Positions 1 to 10,095 of a stretch of DNA of 64,000 nt are shown piece after piece. Source of the stretch: Halarcobacter sp. (GTDB taxonomy: Bacteria > Campylobacterota > Campylobacteria > Campylobacterales > Arcobacteraceae). The notes beneath the pieces are model-generated. The model made no database searches, was not told where the DNA came from, and saw only the letters and a program-made list of their open reading frames with translations. Location: positions 672,001-736,000 of the forward strand of contig OY781089.1 of the NCBI GenBank assembly GCA_963676565.1. The letters run 5' to 3'. Position 1 is the stretch's first letter. The number at the start of each line of letters is the position of its first letter. The position numbers and the translations under genes were made by a program.

Positions 1-124
1 GATTTCTATTTTAATCCCATGCCATAGAATAATACAAAAAAATGGAACTTTAGGTGGTTACTCAAGTGGTATTGATAAAAAAGAGTTTTTGTTAAATCTA
101 GAAGAAAAGAATTTTAGAGTATAA
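1..124 (+). CDS. ogt: methylated-DNA--protein-cysteine methyltransferase, C-terminal part (truncated by window start)
   Basis: Frame starting at base 2 reads ISILIPCHRIIQKNGTLGGYSSGIDKKEFLLNLE...*, containing the PCHR active-site motif. Not in the ORF track. Confidence 0.85.
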   Translation, partial: ISILIPCHRIIQKNGTLGGYSSGIDKKEFLLNLEEKNFRV

Positions 125-154
125 TAATGGTTATTGTTATACAAAAAGAGATGC

Positions 155-1567
155 ATGATTGATAAAACTATATTCAGACAATATGATATTAGAGGACTTG
201 TCCCAACACAATTAGATTTTGAAAAAGCAAAATTGATTGGATATTTTCTAGGTGTTAAACTTAAACAAGAGATAAGTGAAGATTTATATATAGTTGTTGG
301 GTATGATATTAGAACCCACTCTAAAGAGCTTTTTAATGGTTTAATTTCTGGATTAAATAAAGCATCTTGCAATATTCTAGATATAGGACTTGTTGCAACG
401 GGTGTTAACTATTTTGCTTCATATCAAGAGTATGAAATAGATGGTGAAAAAATCAAGCCCCATGCTTCAATTATGATAACAGGTAGTCATAATGACAAAA
501 AATATAATGGTTTTAAAATTACCTTTAAAAATGAACCTTTTTTTGATAAACAACTACTTGATCTTTATGAAGAGATAAATAAAAATAAAGATATTAAAAT
601 AGAAGATAATTTTAAAACTATAAAAATAGATGCAAAATCTTTATATATTGATTTTATGGTAAATGAATTTAAACACCTAAAATCACTTCCTACTTCCTTT
701 GCAATAGATTGTGGAAATGGGGTAGCTGATACTGTTATAACTAAAATCTTTGATAAATTAGACTTAAATTATAAAGCTATTTATACTAAGCCAAATGGAG
801 AGTTTCCAAATCATCATCCTGACCCTTCAAAAAATGAAAACTTAGTTGATTTAAAGTCTTTACTAATAGATTCAAATCTTGGTTTTGCCTTTGATGGAGA
901 TGCAGATAGAATAGCTGTATTAACTAAAAATCATCATATAAAAGGGGATACTTTAGCGTATCTTTTTTCAAAAACTATGAAAAATCCAGTAATTATTGGG
1001 GAAGTTACCTATTCCCAAAATATCTTTGATGAGATAAACACTCATGGTACAACTATTATGAATAAAACTGGTTATTCAAATCTAAGACTTAAACTAAAAG
1101 AGTTAAATGCAGATTTAGCAGCTGAAGTCTCAGGGCACATTTTTTTTAATGATAGGTATTATGGTTTTGATGATGCTATATACGCATCTTTGAGAGTTTT
1201 AGAATTGATTTATTTAGGGTTTAACTTAGATAAAGAGGTGGAAAAATTACCAAAAGTGTATACAAGTTCAAATATAGAAATTGAGGTTAAGGATGAAGAA
1301 AAATCTTTAATAATAGATAAACTTAACAAATTGATTACAAATCCTCAAAGGGGATTTCCTATTATAAATGATATAATTTGCGTTGATGGCATAAGAATCA
1401 TTTTTGAATATGGCTGGGCATTGATTAGAGCATCAAATACAAATCCTGTAATTGTTACAAAATATGAAGCAAGTTCCCATGCAACAGCACTTACGTATCA
1501 AAATGCAGTAGAAAATTTGATAAAAAAGGTATTGAATGAAATTAATAGCACTTCAAACAAAAACTAA
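155..1567 (+). CDS. phosphomannomutase/phosphoglucomutase family protein
   Basis: FRQYDIRG N-terminus, TGSHN phosphoserine loop, FDGDADR metal loop, RASNT. ATG at 155 preferred to TTG at 134. Confidence 0.9.
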   Translation: MIDKTIFRQYDIRGLVPTQLDFEKAKLIGYFLGVKLKQEISEDLYIVVGYDIRTHSKELFNGLISGLNKASCNILDIGLVATGVNYFASYQEYEIDGEKIKPHASIMITGSHNDKKYNGFKITFKNEPFFDKQLLDLYEEINKNKDIKIEDNFKTIKIDAKSLYIDFMVNEFKHLKSLPTSFAIDCGNGVADTVITKIFDKLDLNYKAIYTKPNGEFPNHHPDPSKNENLVDLKSLLIDSNLGFAFDGDADRIAVLTKNHHIKGDTLAYLFSKTMKNPVIIGEVTYSQNIFDEINTHGTTIMNKTGYSNLRLKLKELNADLAAEVSGHIFFNDRYYGFDDAIYASLRVLELIYLGFNLDKEVEKLPKVYTSSNIEIEVKDEEKSLIIDKLNKLITNPQRGFPIINDIICVDGIRIIFEYGWALIRASNTNPVIVTKYEASSHATALTYQNAVENLIKKVLNEINSTSNKN

Positions 1568-2258
1568 AAAAAATTTTAAAAAAAATCTTGATAACTTATT
1601 AGAACTTATTAACAAATGTGAAGAGGGTTCTTTTATTTTAGCCCCTGAAGTTTGTTTAACTGGCTTTTCATATGATAGGATGGATGAAGCTTCAGAGTTT
1701 ACAAATAAAGCAAAGAAAAAGATAAAAAAGCTTTCATGCAATAAAACAATAGCTATGACTTTTATTGAAAAAGAGGATATTGAATTTTACAACACCTTGT
1801 ATATTTTTCATAAGGGGAAAGTTGTACATAGACAAGCAAAACATAGATTATTCCCCCTTGGTGATGAACCTTCACACTTTGCAAAGGGTAAATTAGAAAA
1901 TATGGAAATCATTGAGATTGATGGAATTAAGATTGCTGCATTAATCTGTTTTGAGATTAGATTTCCTGAATATTGGTTAAAGGTTTTAGGCGCAGATTTG
2001 ATTTTAAATCCTTCAATGTGGGGACTAAAAAGAAAAAATCACTTTGAAACAATGACTAAAGCCTTAGCTGTAGCAAATCAATGTTATGTATTAACTGCAA
2101 ATAGTGCAGATGACAATATGGCAAAAGGAAGTGGAATAATCTCTCCATGGGGAGATGAAATTAGAGATGATTCCCAAGAACTTATAAGTGGAGATTTAGA
2201 TTTAGAAGAGATAAGTAAGGTTAGAAAATATATTGATATAGGATTAAAAAACAAATGA
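1536..2258 (+). CDS. carbon-nitrogen hydrolase (nitrilase family)
   Basis: PE, K and ICFEIRFPE Glu-Lys-Cys triad motifs. Confidence 0.88.
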   Translation: MKLIALQTKTKKNFKKNLDNLLELINKCEEGSFILAPEVCLTGFSYDRMDEASEFTNKAKKKIKKLSCNKTIAMTFIEKEDIEFYNTLYIFHKGKVVHRQAKHRLFPLGDEPSHFAKGKLENMEIIEIDGIKIAALICFEIRFPEYWLKVLGADLILNPSMWGLKRKNHFETMTKALAVANQCYVLTANSADDNMAKGSGIISPWGDEIRDDSQELISGDLDLEEISKVRKYIDIGLKNK

Positions 2259-2701
2259 AATCGGTACTTTTTGTATGTTTAGGTAATATTTGTAGGTCAC
2301 CATTAGCCCAAGGTATAGCAAATGAGTATTGTAATCAAAACAATATTGAATTGATATGTGAAAGTGCAGGAACTGGAAGCTGGCATATTGGTGAACCTCC
2401 GTGTGAAAACTCTATTAAAATTGCAAGAGATAATGGCATTGATATTTCTACTCAAAGGGCTAGACAAGTAAAAGTAGAAGATTTTGAAAAGTATGACATT
2501 ATTGTAGGATTAGATGATTCTAATATTAAAAATCTAAAAAAATTAGGTTGTAAAAATCCTCTTAAATTAGGTGATTTTGGTTTTGATGGAGAGGATGTAC
2601 CAGACCCTTATTTTTTTGATGGCTTTGAAGGGTTTGATAAAGTTTATAATATGATAGAAGTTTGTGTGAAAACTTTAATTAGGCAAAAGGTTATACAATA
2701 G
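2255..2701 (+). CDS. low molecular weight protein-tyrosine phosphatase
   Basis: VCLGNICRSP P-loop and DPY motif. Confidence 0.93.
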   Translation: MKSVLFVCLGNICRSPLAQGIANEYCNQNNIELICESAGTGSWHIGEPPCENSIKIARDNGIDISTQRARQVKVEDFEKYDIIVGLDDSNIKNLKKLGCKNPLKLGDFGFDGEDVPDPYFFDGFEGFDKVYNMIEVCVKTLIRQKVIQ

Positions 2702-3092
2702 TTGATAAGCCTTTTGCTTGCTCTACCCAGTTTTGTTCTTTAATTTGGTCATCTTCTAAAGTTAAATACTCTTCAATCCAATGGCAGTTTTTAGGACTCC
2801 ATTTAGCAATTTGGTCAAAATGATAAATTCCTAATTCATTTAGTTTTTCTTCCAATTCAGCATCAATACCTTCAATATTTTTTAATATATCTTTTCCATT
2901 TGGTCTTGGGGCACTTCTAATTAGTGGTTTATTATAGATATTACCAGCTGCTGCACCACCATGGGCCGTTACAGTATTGTAAACAGGAGTTCTATCTCCT
3001 GCAAATGCTTTTCCTATTATAAATCCAATTAGGATACCAATTATCGCTGCAATTACTAAACATAAAATCATCTGAGATGCTATTTCTATCAC
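2691..3092 (-). CDS. membrane-anchored protein with C-terminal helix-hairpin-helix-like domain
   Basis: N-terminal TM helix; DILKNIEGI...LNELGIYHFDQIAKW...WVEQA pattern. Confidence 0.65.
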   Translation of the reverse strand: MIEIASQMILCLVIAAIIGILIGFIIGKAFAGDRTPVYNTVTAHGGAAAGNIYNKPLIRSAPRPNGKDILKNIEGIDAELEEKLNELGIYHFDQIAKWSPKNCHWIEEYLTLEDDQIKEQNWVEQAKGLSTIV

Positions 3093-3095
3093 TTT

Positions 3096-3887
3096 TTATT
3101 CCTCTACAATATTAAATTCAACTCTTCTGTTTTCAGGAGAATAAACATTTTTCGCATTTTTTGGGATACCTTCACCATATCCTCTAGCCTTAATTCTATT
3201 TTCATCAATTCCAAGGTTTTCCATAACTTTTACAACTGTTTTCGCTCTTTCAAGGGAAAATATTAAGTTCACATCTTTTGAACCTGCTGCATCAGTATGC
3301 CCTGCAATTTCTAATTTTATATTTGGATTTTCTTCTAAAATTCTAACAATCTCTTTTATTGAGTTAACACTTTTATTATTTGCAATTGTATATTTACCTC
3401 TTTTAAATGAGATTGGGTTGTTATCTATATATTCATTTATTTGAAGTTGAAGTTCCTGTGTTGGAAAAGATAAATCTTCAATTCTTTTTTCATTACCCTC
3501 TCTAATATAATCTTTTGGTGTTTTGATTAAAGGTTCTTTCGGTTCTTCAATAATCTCTTCAACAATCTTTTCTTTTAAAGTAGGGTCTTCTTTTACTACC
3601 TCTTGAGTTTCAACAGTAGTATCTTCTACTGTAGGAGTATCTTCTTTTGTTGTTTCATTAGGTTCAACTAAAGTTTCATTCTGTTGAATTGTAGGTTCTT
3701 CTAAATCTTTAGTCTCTTCATTTACTGAAGTTTGTTCTTGTGTATTATCTAAAATTACTTCTTGTTTAGGTTCAACTTGAAGCTCTTGCTGTTTTCTCAT
3801 CATTTCAGGCAGATGATAATAAACACAGCCAACAATAAAGGCAATTAACAGTAAAAATAGAATTATTACTTTTCTTTCTGAACTCAT
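3096..3887 (-). CDS. OmpA/MotB-family peptidoglycan-binding protein
   Basis: TM anchor, acidic linker, GHTD...LSLERA-like and NRRVEF motifs. Confidence 0.88.
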   Translation of the reverse strand: MSSERKVIILFLLLIAFIVGCVYYHLPEMMRKQQELQVEPKQEVILDNTQEQTSVNEETKDLEEPTIQQNETLVEPNETTKEDTPTVEDTTVETQEVVKEDPTLKEKIVEEIIEEPKEPLIKTPKDYIREGNEKRIEDLSFPTQELQLQINEYIDNNPISFKRGKYTIANNKSVNSIKEIVRILEENPNIKLEIAGHTDAAGSKDVNLIFSLERAKTVVKVMENLGIDENRIKARGYGEGIPKNAKNVYSPENRRVEFNIVEE

Positions 3888-4048
3888 TTTTAATCTTTAT
3901 TTTATTTTTGTATAACATTCTATCTTATTGTTAATCAAAATACTTTAAAACAAGCCCTAAAATAAGAATTTTATTTAACAAAAAATTCTAAGTTTAATTT
4001 GTTTGCATTTAAATATAATCTAAAAATGCATTAAAAGGAGCAATATAT

Positions 4049-4363
4049 ATGAATAAAATTTTCACATTATTTTTTTTTATATCATTATGTTCATATCTAT
4101 TTGCAAATGATATAGATGATGTTTTCAAAAGATGTGTTGCCTGTCATGGTATAAAAGGGGAAGTTCCCGCATTAGGTAGAAGTATTCTAATCTCAGAATT
4201 ATCAAAAGAAGAGTTTATAACATCACTAAAAGAGTATAAAAATAGCAATAAAAATATAAGTGGTTTAGGTGGTATTATGCAAGCGCAAGTTTATAACCTA
4301 GATGAAAAGGATTTTAAAGATTTAGCCCAAATGTTTAATTTGTTAAATAAAAAGGAGAAATGA
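4049..4363 (+). CDS. monoheme c-type cytochrome (c553-like)
   Basis: Signal peptide, CVACH, distal Met (GIMQAQ). Confidence 0.85.
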   Translation: MNKIFTLFFFISLCSYLFANDIDDVFKRCVACHGIKGEVPALGRSILISELSKEEFITSLKEYKNSNKNISGLGGIMQAQVYNLDEKDFKDLAQMFNLLNKKEK

Positions 4364-4845
4364 TGAAATCTATAGTTCTATTTTTTTGTTTTGTTGGTTC
4401 TTTATTTGCTTTACCTGATGAATTTGATAGAGAATTATACAATGAAGGGGAAAAGATATTTGAAGCCAAGTGTAATAGCTGTCATCAAAAATCTATAAAT
4501 ATGCAATCACTTTTAAAAAACTTTTTAGAAGAGGATAACAAAACCCTAAAACTTTTAGCTCCAACGGGGAATCAAATTTCATATCGTCTGAAATCTCAAG
4601 TAGGTAGTCCTGATGATAGGGAGTTCCATTTGATGGAAACTGCTGATTTTTTAGTTAATTATGTAAATAATCCTGATAAATCAAAATCAATTTGTCTTGA
4701 GGGTGTTGTTAAACACTTTGATACGATGCCAAGCTTAAAAGGTCAAATTAGTGAAGATGAAATTAGAACTGTGAATCATTTTCTTTATTTTTTAGAAGGG
4801 TTTAATGGAGTAAATAAATACTACCACAAAGAGGATGAGTTTTAA
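4360..4845 (+). CDS. monoheme c-type cytochrome
   Basis: Signal peptide, CNSCH, MP motif. Confidence 0.8.
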   Translation: MMKSIVLFFCFVGSLFALPDEFDRELYNEGEKIFEAKCNSCHQKSINMQSLLKNFLEEDNKTLKLLAPTGNQISYRLKSQVGSPDDREFHLMETADFLVNYVNNPDKSKSICLEGVVKHFDTMPSLKGQISEDEIRTVNHFLYFLEGFNGVNKYYHKEDEF

Positions 4846-4856
4846 ACTCAACCTCC

Positions 4857-5471
4857 TTATGCTTTTGCAATAAGTACTCCACCTGCAGTCATCATAACAG
4901 AACCTGCCGCTACATTCATTCTTTTTTTAGCTTTTTTACTTTTAAACAATTTTTTTGCTCCACTTGCACTATAGGCATAACTTAATAATACTATTGCAAT
5001 TACTGTTATTGTAATTATTGTAATTAAAACAATATCAATAGCTACCAAAGTTTGTAGATTAACAAAGGTTGGTAGAAAACCTAAATAAAAAAGTATAACT
5101 TTTGGATTAGACAAAGTTATTAAAAGTCCTGTTAAAAAGTTTTTCTTCCATGATAATTCTATAATACCGCTAACATCTATTTTTTCATCTTTTGAAGTTA
5201 GAATCTTATATCCTAAATAGATAAGATATGCTCCCCCAATAAGTTTAACAAAAATAAAAAAATCACCTAATACTAAAGCAATTGACTTAAGTCCAAAAAT
5301 TGCTAACAATAAAAAGATTACATCTCCAAGTATAATACCTAATACTACAAAAGCTGCATTATTAAAACCTGAAGCCAAACCTCTTGAAATTGTTGCAAAC
5401 ACTCCAGGTCCAGGAGTGATTGCTAATAAAAACATCGCACCAGCAAATGCTAGCATAGTGTAAAATGTCAT
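4857..5471 (-). CDS. LysE/RhtB family exporter
   Basis: TPGPG and NPK motifs, multiple TM helices. Start moved to ATG 5471 behind a GGAGG RBS. Confidence 0.88.
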   Translation of the reverse strand: MTFYTMLAFAGAMFLLAITPGPGVFATISRGLASGFNNAAFVVLGIILGDVIFLLLAIFGLKSIALVLGDFFIFVKLIGGAYLIYLGYKILTSKDEKIDVSGIIELSWKKNFLTGLLITLSNPKVILFYLGFLPTFVNLQTLVAIDIVLITIITITVIAIVLLSYAYSASGAKKLFKSKKAKKRMNVAAGSVMMTAGGVLIAKA

Positions 5472-5579
5472 TATTTCCTCCTTATTTAATTTAAACTTAA
5501 TTATAGGTCTTTCAAGCAGTTTTATCAATCATCTATGTAATAAAATATAAACAAATTTTGTATTATTTTCAAAAAAAAC

Positions 5580-5640
5580 TTGACAATAGTTTGATATCAA
5601 ACTATAATTCTTTTATCTATTTGGTTTGACATCAAACTAA
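5580..5640 (+). promoter_or_regulatory. consensus sigma70 promoter overlapped by two palindromic operators (probable MarR sites)
   Basis: TTGACA 5580-5585, 17-bp spacer, TATAAT 5603-5608. Perfect palindrome ATAGTTTGATATCAAACTAT 5586-5605; second copy TTGGTTTGACATCAAACTAA 5621-5640. Confidence 0.85.
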
Positions 5641-5664
5641 ATAAAAAAATAAAAGGGGATTAAA

Positions 5665-6522
5665 ATGAAATTTTTTAATAGAAAAACAGTTATGTCATTA
5701 TTTCTTATCACTTCTGTTTTTTCAGGATGTGCAATTTCTCAACAAATAGATGAGGGAAATATGATTACAAATAAACAAAAAGTTGTAGAGTTACTTAACT
5801 CTATAGAAAATGGAAATACAAAGCCAGCTAGGTACATAAACCCTAATAAATATATACAGCATAACTTATCTGCTAAAGATGGGATTTCAGGATTTGGAGA
5901 AGTTTTATCTAAACTTCCTAAAGATAGTGCAAAAGTTGAGGTAAAAAGGGTGTTTGAAGATGGTGATTTTGTATTTACACATACAAAATACAATTTTTTT
6001 GGTCCAAAAGTTGGTTTTGATATCTTTAGATTTGAAGATGGAAAAATTGTAGAACATTGGGATAACTTACAAGAAATTGTAGAAAAAACTGCAAGTGGCA
6101 GAAGCCAGATTGATGGAGAAACTAATATTATTGATTTAGATAAAACTGGAGAAAATATACAGTTAGTCAAAAATTTTGTTCAAGATATATTACTTGGCAA
6201 AAATCCTAATAAAATCACAGAATATATTTCATCTAAAAAATATATACAACACAATCCATTTATAAAAGATGGTCTTAAGGGCTTAAATGAAGCAATTACG
6301 TATTTAATTAGTCAAAATGATATGTTTATTTATAAAAAAGTTCATAAGGTACTTGGGGAAGGTAATTTTGTTTTAACTGTAAGTGAAGGTTCTTGGCATG
6401 GAAAAGCACACTCTTTTTATGATCTATTTAGAGTTGAAAATGGAAAAATTGTGGAGCATTGGGATACAATCGAAGAGATTCCTCCACGAAAAAAATGGTT
6501 AAATGATAATGGTAAGTTTTGA
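5665..6522 (+). CDS. tandem SnoaL/NTF2-like domain lipoprotein
   Basis: Two repeats of YIQHN...FDxFRxExGKIVEHWD; lipobox-like FSGC. Confidence 0.82.
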   Translation: MKFFNRKTVMSLFLITSVFSGCAISQQIDEGNMITNKQKVVELLNSIENGNTKPARYINPNKYIQHNLSAKDGISGFGEVLSKLPKDSAKVEVKRVFEDGDFVFTHTKYNFFGPKVGFDIFRFEDGKIVEHWDNLQEIVEKTASGRSQIDGETNIIDLDKTGENIQLVKNFVQDILLGKNPNKITEYISSKKYIQHNPFIKDGLKGLNEAITYLISQNDMFIYKKVHKVLGEGNFVLTVSEGSWHGKAHSFYDLFRVENGKIVEHWDTIEEIPPRKKWLNDNGKF

Positions 6523-6587
6523 TAAAATTTCACAGTTTTAAAGAAATTATAGTTATTATTTTAAAAAAATAGTAGGATATAAAACTA

Positions 6588-7028
6588 ATGATTAAAATAA
6601 ATTCGATTATTTCAACAATAGCAACCATTGATAATAGTGCAAATAAGCTTATTGTTGATGAATTAAAAAAACATAATCTTAATGGTTTAGCACCCTCTCA
6701 TGGAAGTATTCTTGTAGTTCTTTATGCTAATGAAGAGGGTGTTCCTATGAGTAAAATCACTCAAGAGATAAATAAAGATAAGTCAACAGTTACTGCCCTT
6801 GTTAATAAGCTAGAAAAGATGGAACTTCTTGAAAAGTTAAAAAATGCAGATGATAGTAGAAGTACTTTAGTAAGGCTTACAAAAAAAGGTCTTGATACAA
6901 AATATATAGTTATGGATGTGATTTCTAAGAAACTTTTGGATTTGACATATAAAGGTTTTACAGAAGATGAAAAAGAACTTGTATGTAATCTTTTAGAAAG
7001 AATTAAAAACAATTTTTTAGAAAAATAG
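6588..7028 (+). CDS. MarR family transcriptional regulator
   Basis: DKSTVTALVNKLE helix-turn-helix and DDSRS wing motif. Confidence 0.9.
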   Translation: MIKINSIISTIATIDNSANKLIVDELKKHNLNGLAPSHGSILVVLYANEEGVPMSKITQEINKDKSTVTALVNKLEKMELLEKLKNADDSRSTLVRLTKKGLDTKYIVMDVISKKLLDLTYKGFTEDEKELVCNLLERIKNNFLEK

Positions 7029-7042
7029 TTTTTTGTAAATAT

Positions 7043-7780
7043 TTAAATTGTCTGAATAAAAAGGGCAATTGCTATTAAAAAAAGTACACCTTTAACCATT
7101 TTTGCATAAGCGGTTGGGTTGATTTTATTTCTGATTTTAATACCAACGAATATTGCTATTGAAATAAAAACTAAAGGGATAAAAGAGTGCGATATTTCTG
7201 TTTGTGTAAAAATACCTGCACTAGTAAAAAGAATAATTTGAACTATTTTACCAAATAAAAAACAGATATTAAAAGATTGGACAATCTCTTTTTTTGTAAA
7301 CTTTGATTCTAAAACATATATGATTAATGTAGCTGACATTACATTTGTAAGACCTCCAATTATCCCTGAGCCAATTCCAAATATAGTTTTAGATAGATTT
7401 GGATTTTCTCTAATAAATGGAAACTCTACTTTTCTGTAATCGAAAAACAAATATAAAAAAATAGCAAATACAAGAATAAACTTGAATAAATCAGTGTTAA
7501 AATAAATTATGATTTGAGTACCTATTGCACTACCAATCATTGCTAATATAGCTAAAGGATAAAATTTTTTTACAGCTTCAAAGAAGTTTCCTTCACTTCT
7601 AATACTAAGTATATTTACAAGTAATGTTGGAATAAGTGTATAGATAATAGCAGTTTGTAAGTCTGTAAACATTGCTATAAGTGGTGTTGCAATCATAGGG
7701 AAGCCAAATCCTACACTTCCATGTACAAAGGCTGCAGTAGTTAAAAAAACAGTGATATAAATTAAAATCTCAAATTCCAT
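7043..7780 (-). CDS. sulfite exporter TauE/SafE family membrane protein
   Basis: GSVGFGFPMIATP motif, about 8 TM helices. Confidence 0.82.
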   Translation of the reverse strand: MEFEILIYITVFLTTAAFVHGSVGFGFPMIATPLIAMFTDLQTAIIYTLIPTLLVNILSIRSEGNFFEAVKKFYPLAILAMIGSAIGTQIIIYFNTDLFKFILVFAIFLYLFFDYRKVEFPFIRENPNLSKTIFGIGSGIIGGLTNVMSATLIIYVLESKFTKKEIVQSFNICFLFGKIVQIILFTSAGIFTQTEISHSFIPLVFISIAIFVGIKIRNKINPTAYAKMVKGVLFLIAIALFIQTI

Positions 7781-7849
7781 TCAAAATTATATCTTTTTAG
7801 TTCTTCACAAGAGTATTTTTGTAATATTACTTATAAAAAAGGATTTAAA

Positions 7850-8209
7850 ATAGATACTATAAAACTAGAATACAAAGATATTTTTGATAATAATAAAACA
7901 AAAGAATTACTTATAAAAAAGCAAGCAATAGATGACGAGTATAGTGAAAAGTCTCTTTTTGCTCTAATTGTAGATGGAAAATCGATGCAACCAAAGATTT
8001 TAGATAAAGAGGTTATTGTTGTAGATTTGTCACAAAAAATGCTTTTAGATGAAAAAATTTATGTGGTACACTTTGAAGGAAAAATGTGGGTTAAAAAATA
8101 TGATGAAACCTCTAAAAACTTTATTTCTATAAACCCAGAGTTTTCACATCTAGTTTATAATAAAGATGAGGTTCATATTGTGGGAAAGGTTTTAGAGATA
8201 AGTAGATAG
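7850..8209 (+). CDS. stand-alone S24 (LexA/UmuD-like) peptidase domain; probable ATA start
   Basis: Frame is open upstream of ATG 7985 and gives FALIVDGKSMQP (Ser nucleophile) ... VKKY (Lys). AAGGA RBS lies 6 nt before ATA 7850. Confidence 0.7.
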   Translation: MDTIKLEYKDIFDNNKTKELLIKKQAIDDEYSEKSLFALIVDGKSMQPKILDKEVIVVDLSQKMLLDEKIYVVHFEGKMWVKKYDETSKNFISINPEFSHLVYNKDEVHIVGKVLEISR

Positions 8210-8575
8210 CTCTATAAGATTTAAATCTGGGTCTCTTATATAAATTGATTGTATAGGCCCATTTGCTCCCGTTCGTTTAACTATTCCCTCTTCTATGTCA
8301 ATATTTCTTGAAACTAAAAAGGCAAAGATATCTTCAATGGATTCTTCAACAATAAAGCATAGGTCTGCACTACCTTCTTTTACATTAAAAGCTTTTGGTT
8401 CAAACTCTTTTCCTAATAGGTGTAGGTTTATTTTTTGATTACCATATTTTAATGCAATTCGATTTTCTTTGAAAATCTCTTTTTTCATACCAAGAATATT
8501 TGTATAAAACTCTACAGTTTTGTTTATATCTTTTACTGTTAGAACTAAATGATCTAGTCTATTTATACTTATCAT
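8192..8575 (-). CDS. VOC/glyoxalase family protein
   Basis: LDHLVLTV, GSADLCF, RDPDLNLIE motifs. Confidence 0.9.
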   Translation of the reverse strand: MISINRLDHLVLTVKDINKTVEFYTNILGMKKEIFKENRIALKYGNQKINLHLLGKEFEPKAFNVKEGSADLCFIVEESIEDIFAFLVSRNIDIEEGIVKRTGANGPIQSIYIRDPDLNLIELSTYL

Positions 8576-8576
8576 T

Positions 8577-9017
8577 TTAATCTCCTAATTCTTCTATCTC
8601 TTTAGGCCAAGCTTTTTGAAAAAAGTGTTCTTGTAATTTATCTTTAATATCATCAGGTATTTTCATTGATTGTTTCGTTTCGAAATTATAATGAACGATT
8701 ATAGCCTTTCCTGTTGTACATAACTTATTGTCTTGATAAACGGCATGAACCAATTCAATTGAAGAGTTTCCAATTTTTGAAATTCCTGTTTTTATAACAA
8801 CATCTTTTCCCCAAAAAACTTCATTCAAAAAATCAAAAGAGCTATGAGCCATAACTAGATTCCACTCTTTTATATTTGAACTAGGATTAAAAATACGAAA
8901 AAACTTATCCCTTGCAGCTTCAAACCATACCCCATAAGAATTATTATTTATATGCCCTAAGGCATCAGTTTCTAAAAATCTGGGTGTAATTATCTCTGTA
9001 AACATCTTGAACTCCAA
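8577..9017 (-). CDS. 4HBT-like acyl-CoA thioesterase
   Basis: ETDALGHINN hotdog-fold motif. Confidence 0.87.
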   Translation of the reverse strand: MEFKMFTEIITPRFLETDALGHINNNSYGVWFEAARDKFFRIFNPSSNIKEWNLVMAHSSFDFLNEVFWGKDVVIKTGISKIGNSSIELVHAVYQDNKLCTTGKAIIVHYNFETKQSMKIPDDIKDKLQEHFFQKAWPKEIEELGD

Positions 9018-9070
9018 AATAAAGTGATGTAGTTTATCACAAAGATTTTAAGAATTATTTGAGTTGTTGA

Positions 9071-9964
9071 TTAAATATATTGAATAGGGATATAATAAGT
9101 TCCCTCAAATTTCTCATCCTCTTCTAAAAATTGGTTCTTTCTAAATATCGCATGAGATGGTTTTGTTGTAGTCTCAAAACCACTTTTAGGTAACCATTCA
9201 TGATATACCCATTGAATAAATCTAAGAACATCTCCAATTTTCCCACTTATCTCAAAAGTAGCGTATATTGCCTCTGCAGTCATAAAAGATGGTAAGCTAG
9301 TATTTGATAAATCAATATCCTCTTTAGGAATAATCCCTGCCACATAGAAACAATCTTCATGGGGAGTTATAGCAGGATTGTCATGATAGATTGCTATTTG
9401 GGCGTATTCTTTAATATTATTTGTATAAACCCAAGCTAATAGTTGTCTCCATACTTTTTTTGCATCTTCTGTTATATAGCCTTTGTTTCGAATATAATAC
9501 ATTTTTTTTGGAGTACTCTTTACAATTTTTGGTTGAAGCATATTAAAATCGGGTTTTTTATAAAAAGAGATTATTGATTTTTCTAAAATCAATTTTGAAT
9601 ACTCTTTATATCCACCATTTCTCCAATCTTTTGGGGTTTGATGAAATCTTTCTTTAAAAGCTCTGATAAAAGAGGTTTGAGAACTATATCCACACAAATT
9701 GGCAACTTCTGTAATTGTAGAGAGTTTATTTGTCAAAAGAAGACTTGAGGCTTTTTGTAATCTATTTGATTTTATAGTTTCATATAGATTTATCCCCATA
9801 AACTCTTTAAATACTTTATGAAAATGAAACTTACTCATACCAAAACTTGCTGCTAACTCATTTATATTTATATCTGTATCAATATGCTCATAGATATAAA
9901 ACATAGTGTCATTTACTATTTGAATATTTTTATTATATGTTTTTCTTTTTTGCAAAATAAACAA
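9071..9964 (-). CDS. AraC family regulator with GyrI-like effector domain
   Basis: N-terminal double HTH (CGYSSQTSFIRAFK) and C-terminal GyrI-like domain (YHEWLPKSG). Confidence 0.88.
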   Translation of the reverse strand: MFILQKRKTYNKNIQIVNDTMFYIYEHIDTDININELAASFGMSKFHFHKVFKEFMGINLYETIKSNRLQKASSLLLTNKLSTITEVANLCGYSSQTSFIRAFKERFHQTPKDWRNGGYKEYSKLILEKSIISFYKKPDFNMLQPKIVKSTPKKMYYIRNKGYITEDAKKVWRQLLAWVYTNNIKEYAQIAIYHDNPAITPHEDCFYVAGIIPKEDIDLSNTSLPSFMTAEAIYATFEISGKIGDVLRFIQWVYHEWLPKSGFETTTKPSHAIFRKNQFLEEDEKFEGTYYIPIQYI

Positions 9965-10095
9965 CCTTAAGTAAAAAATAAAACAAATTATAGCACTTTT
10001 AATGACAAAAATAGATAACTTTTAGAACATTAATAGTATAGAGTAAAAAAAAATTAACTGCTAAAATATGTTTCCATTTTTTTAAAAGAGTATGT

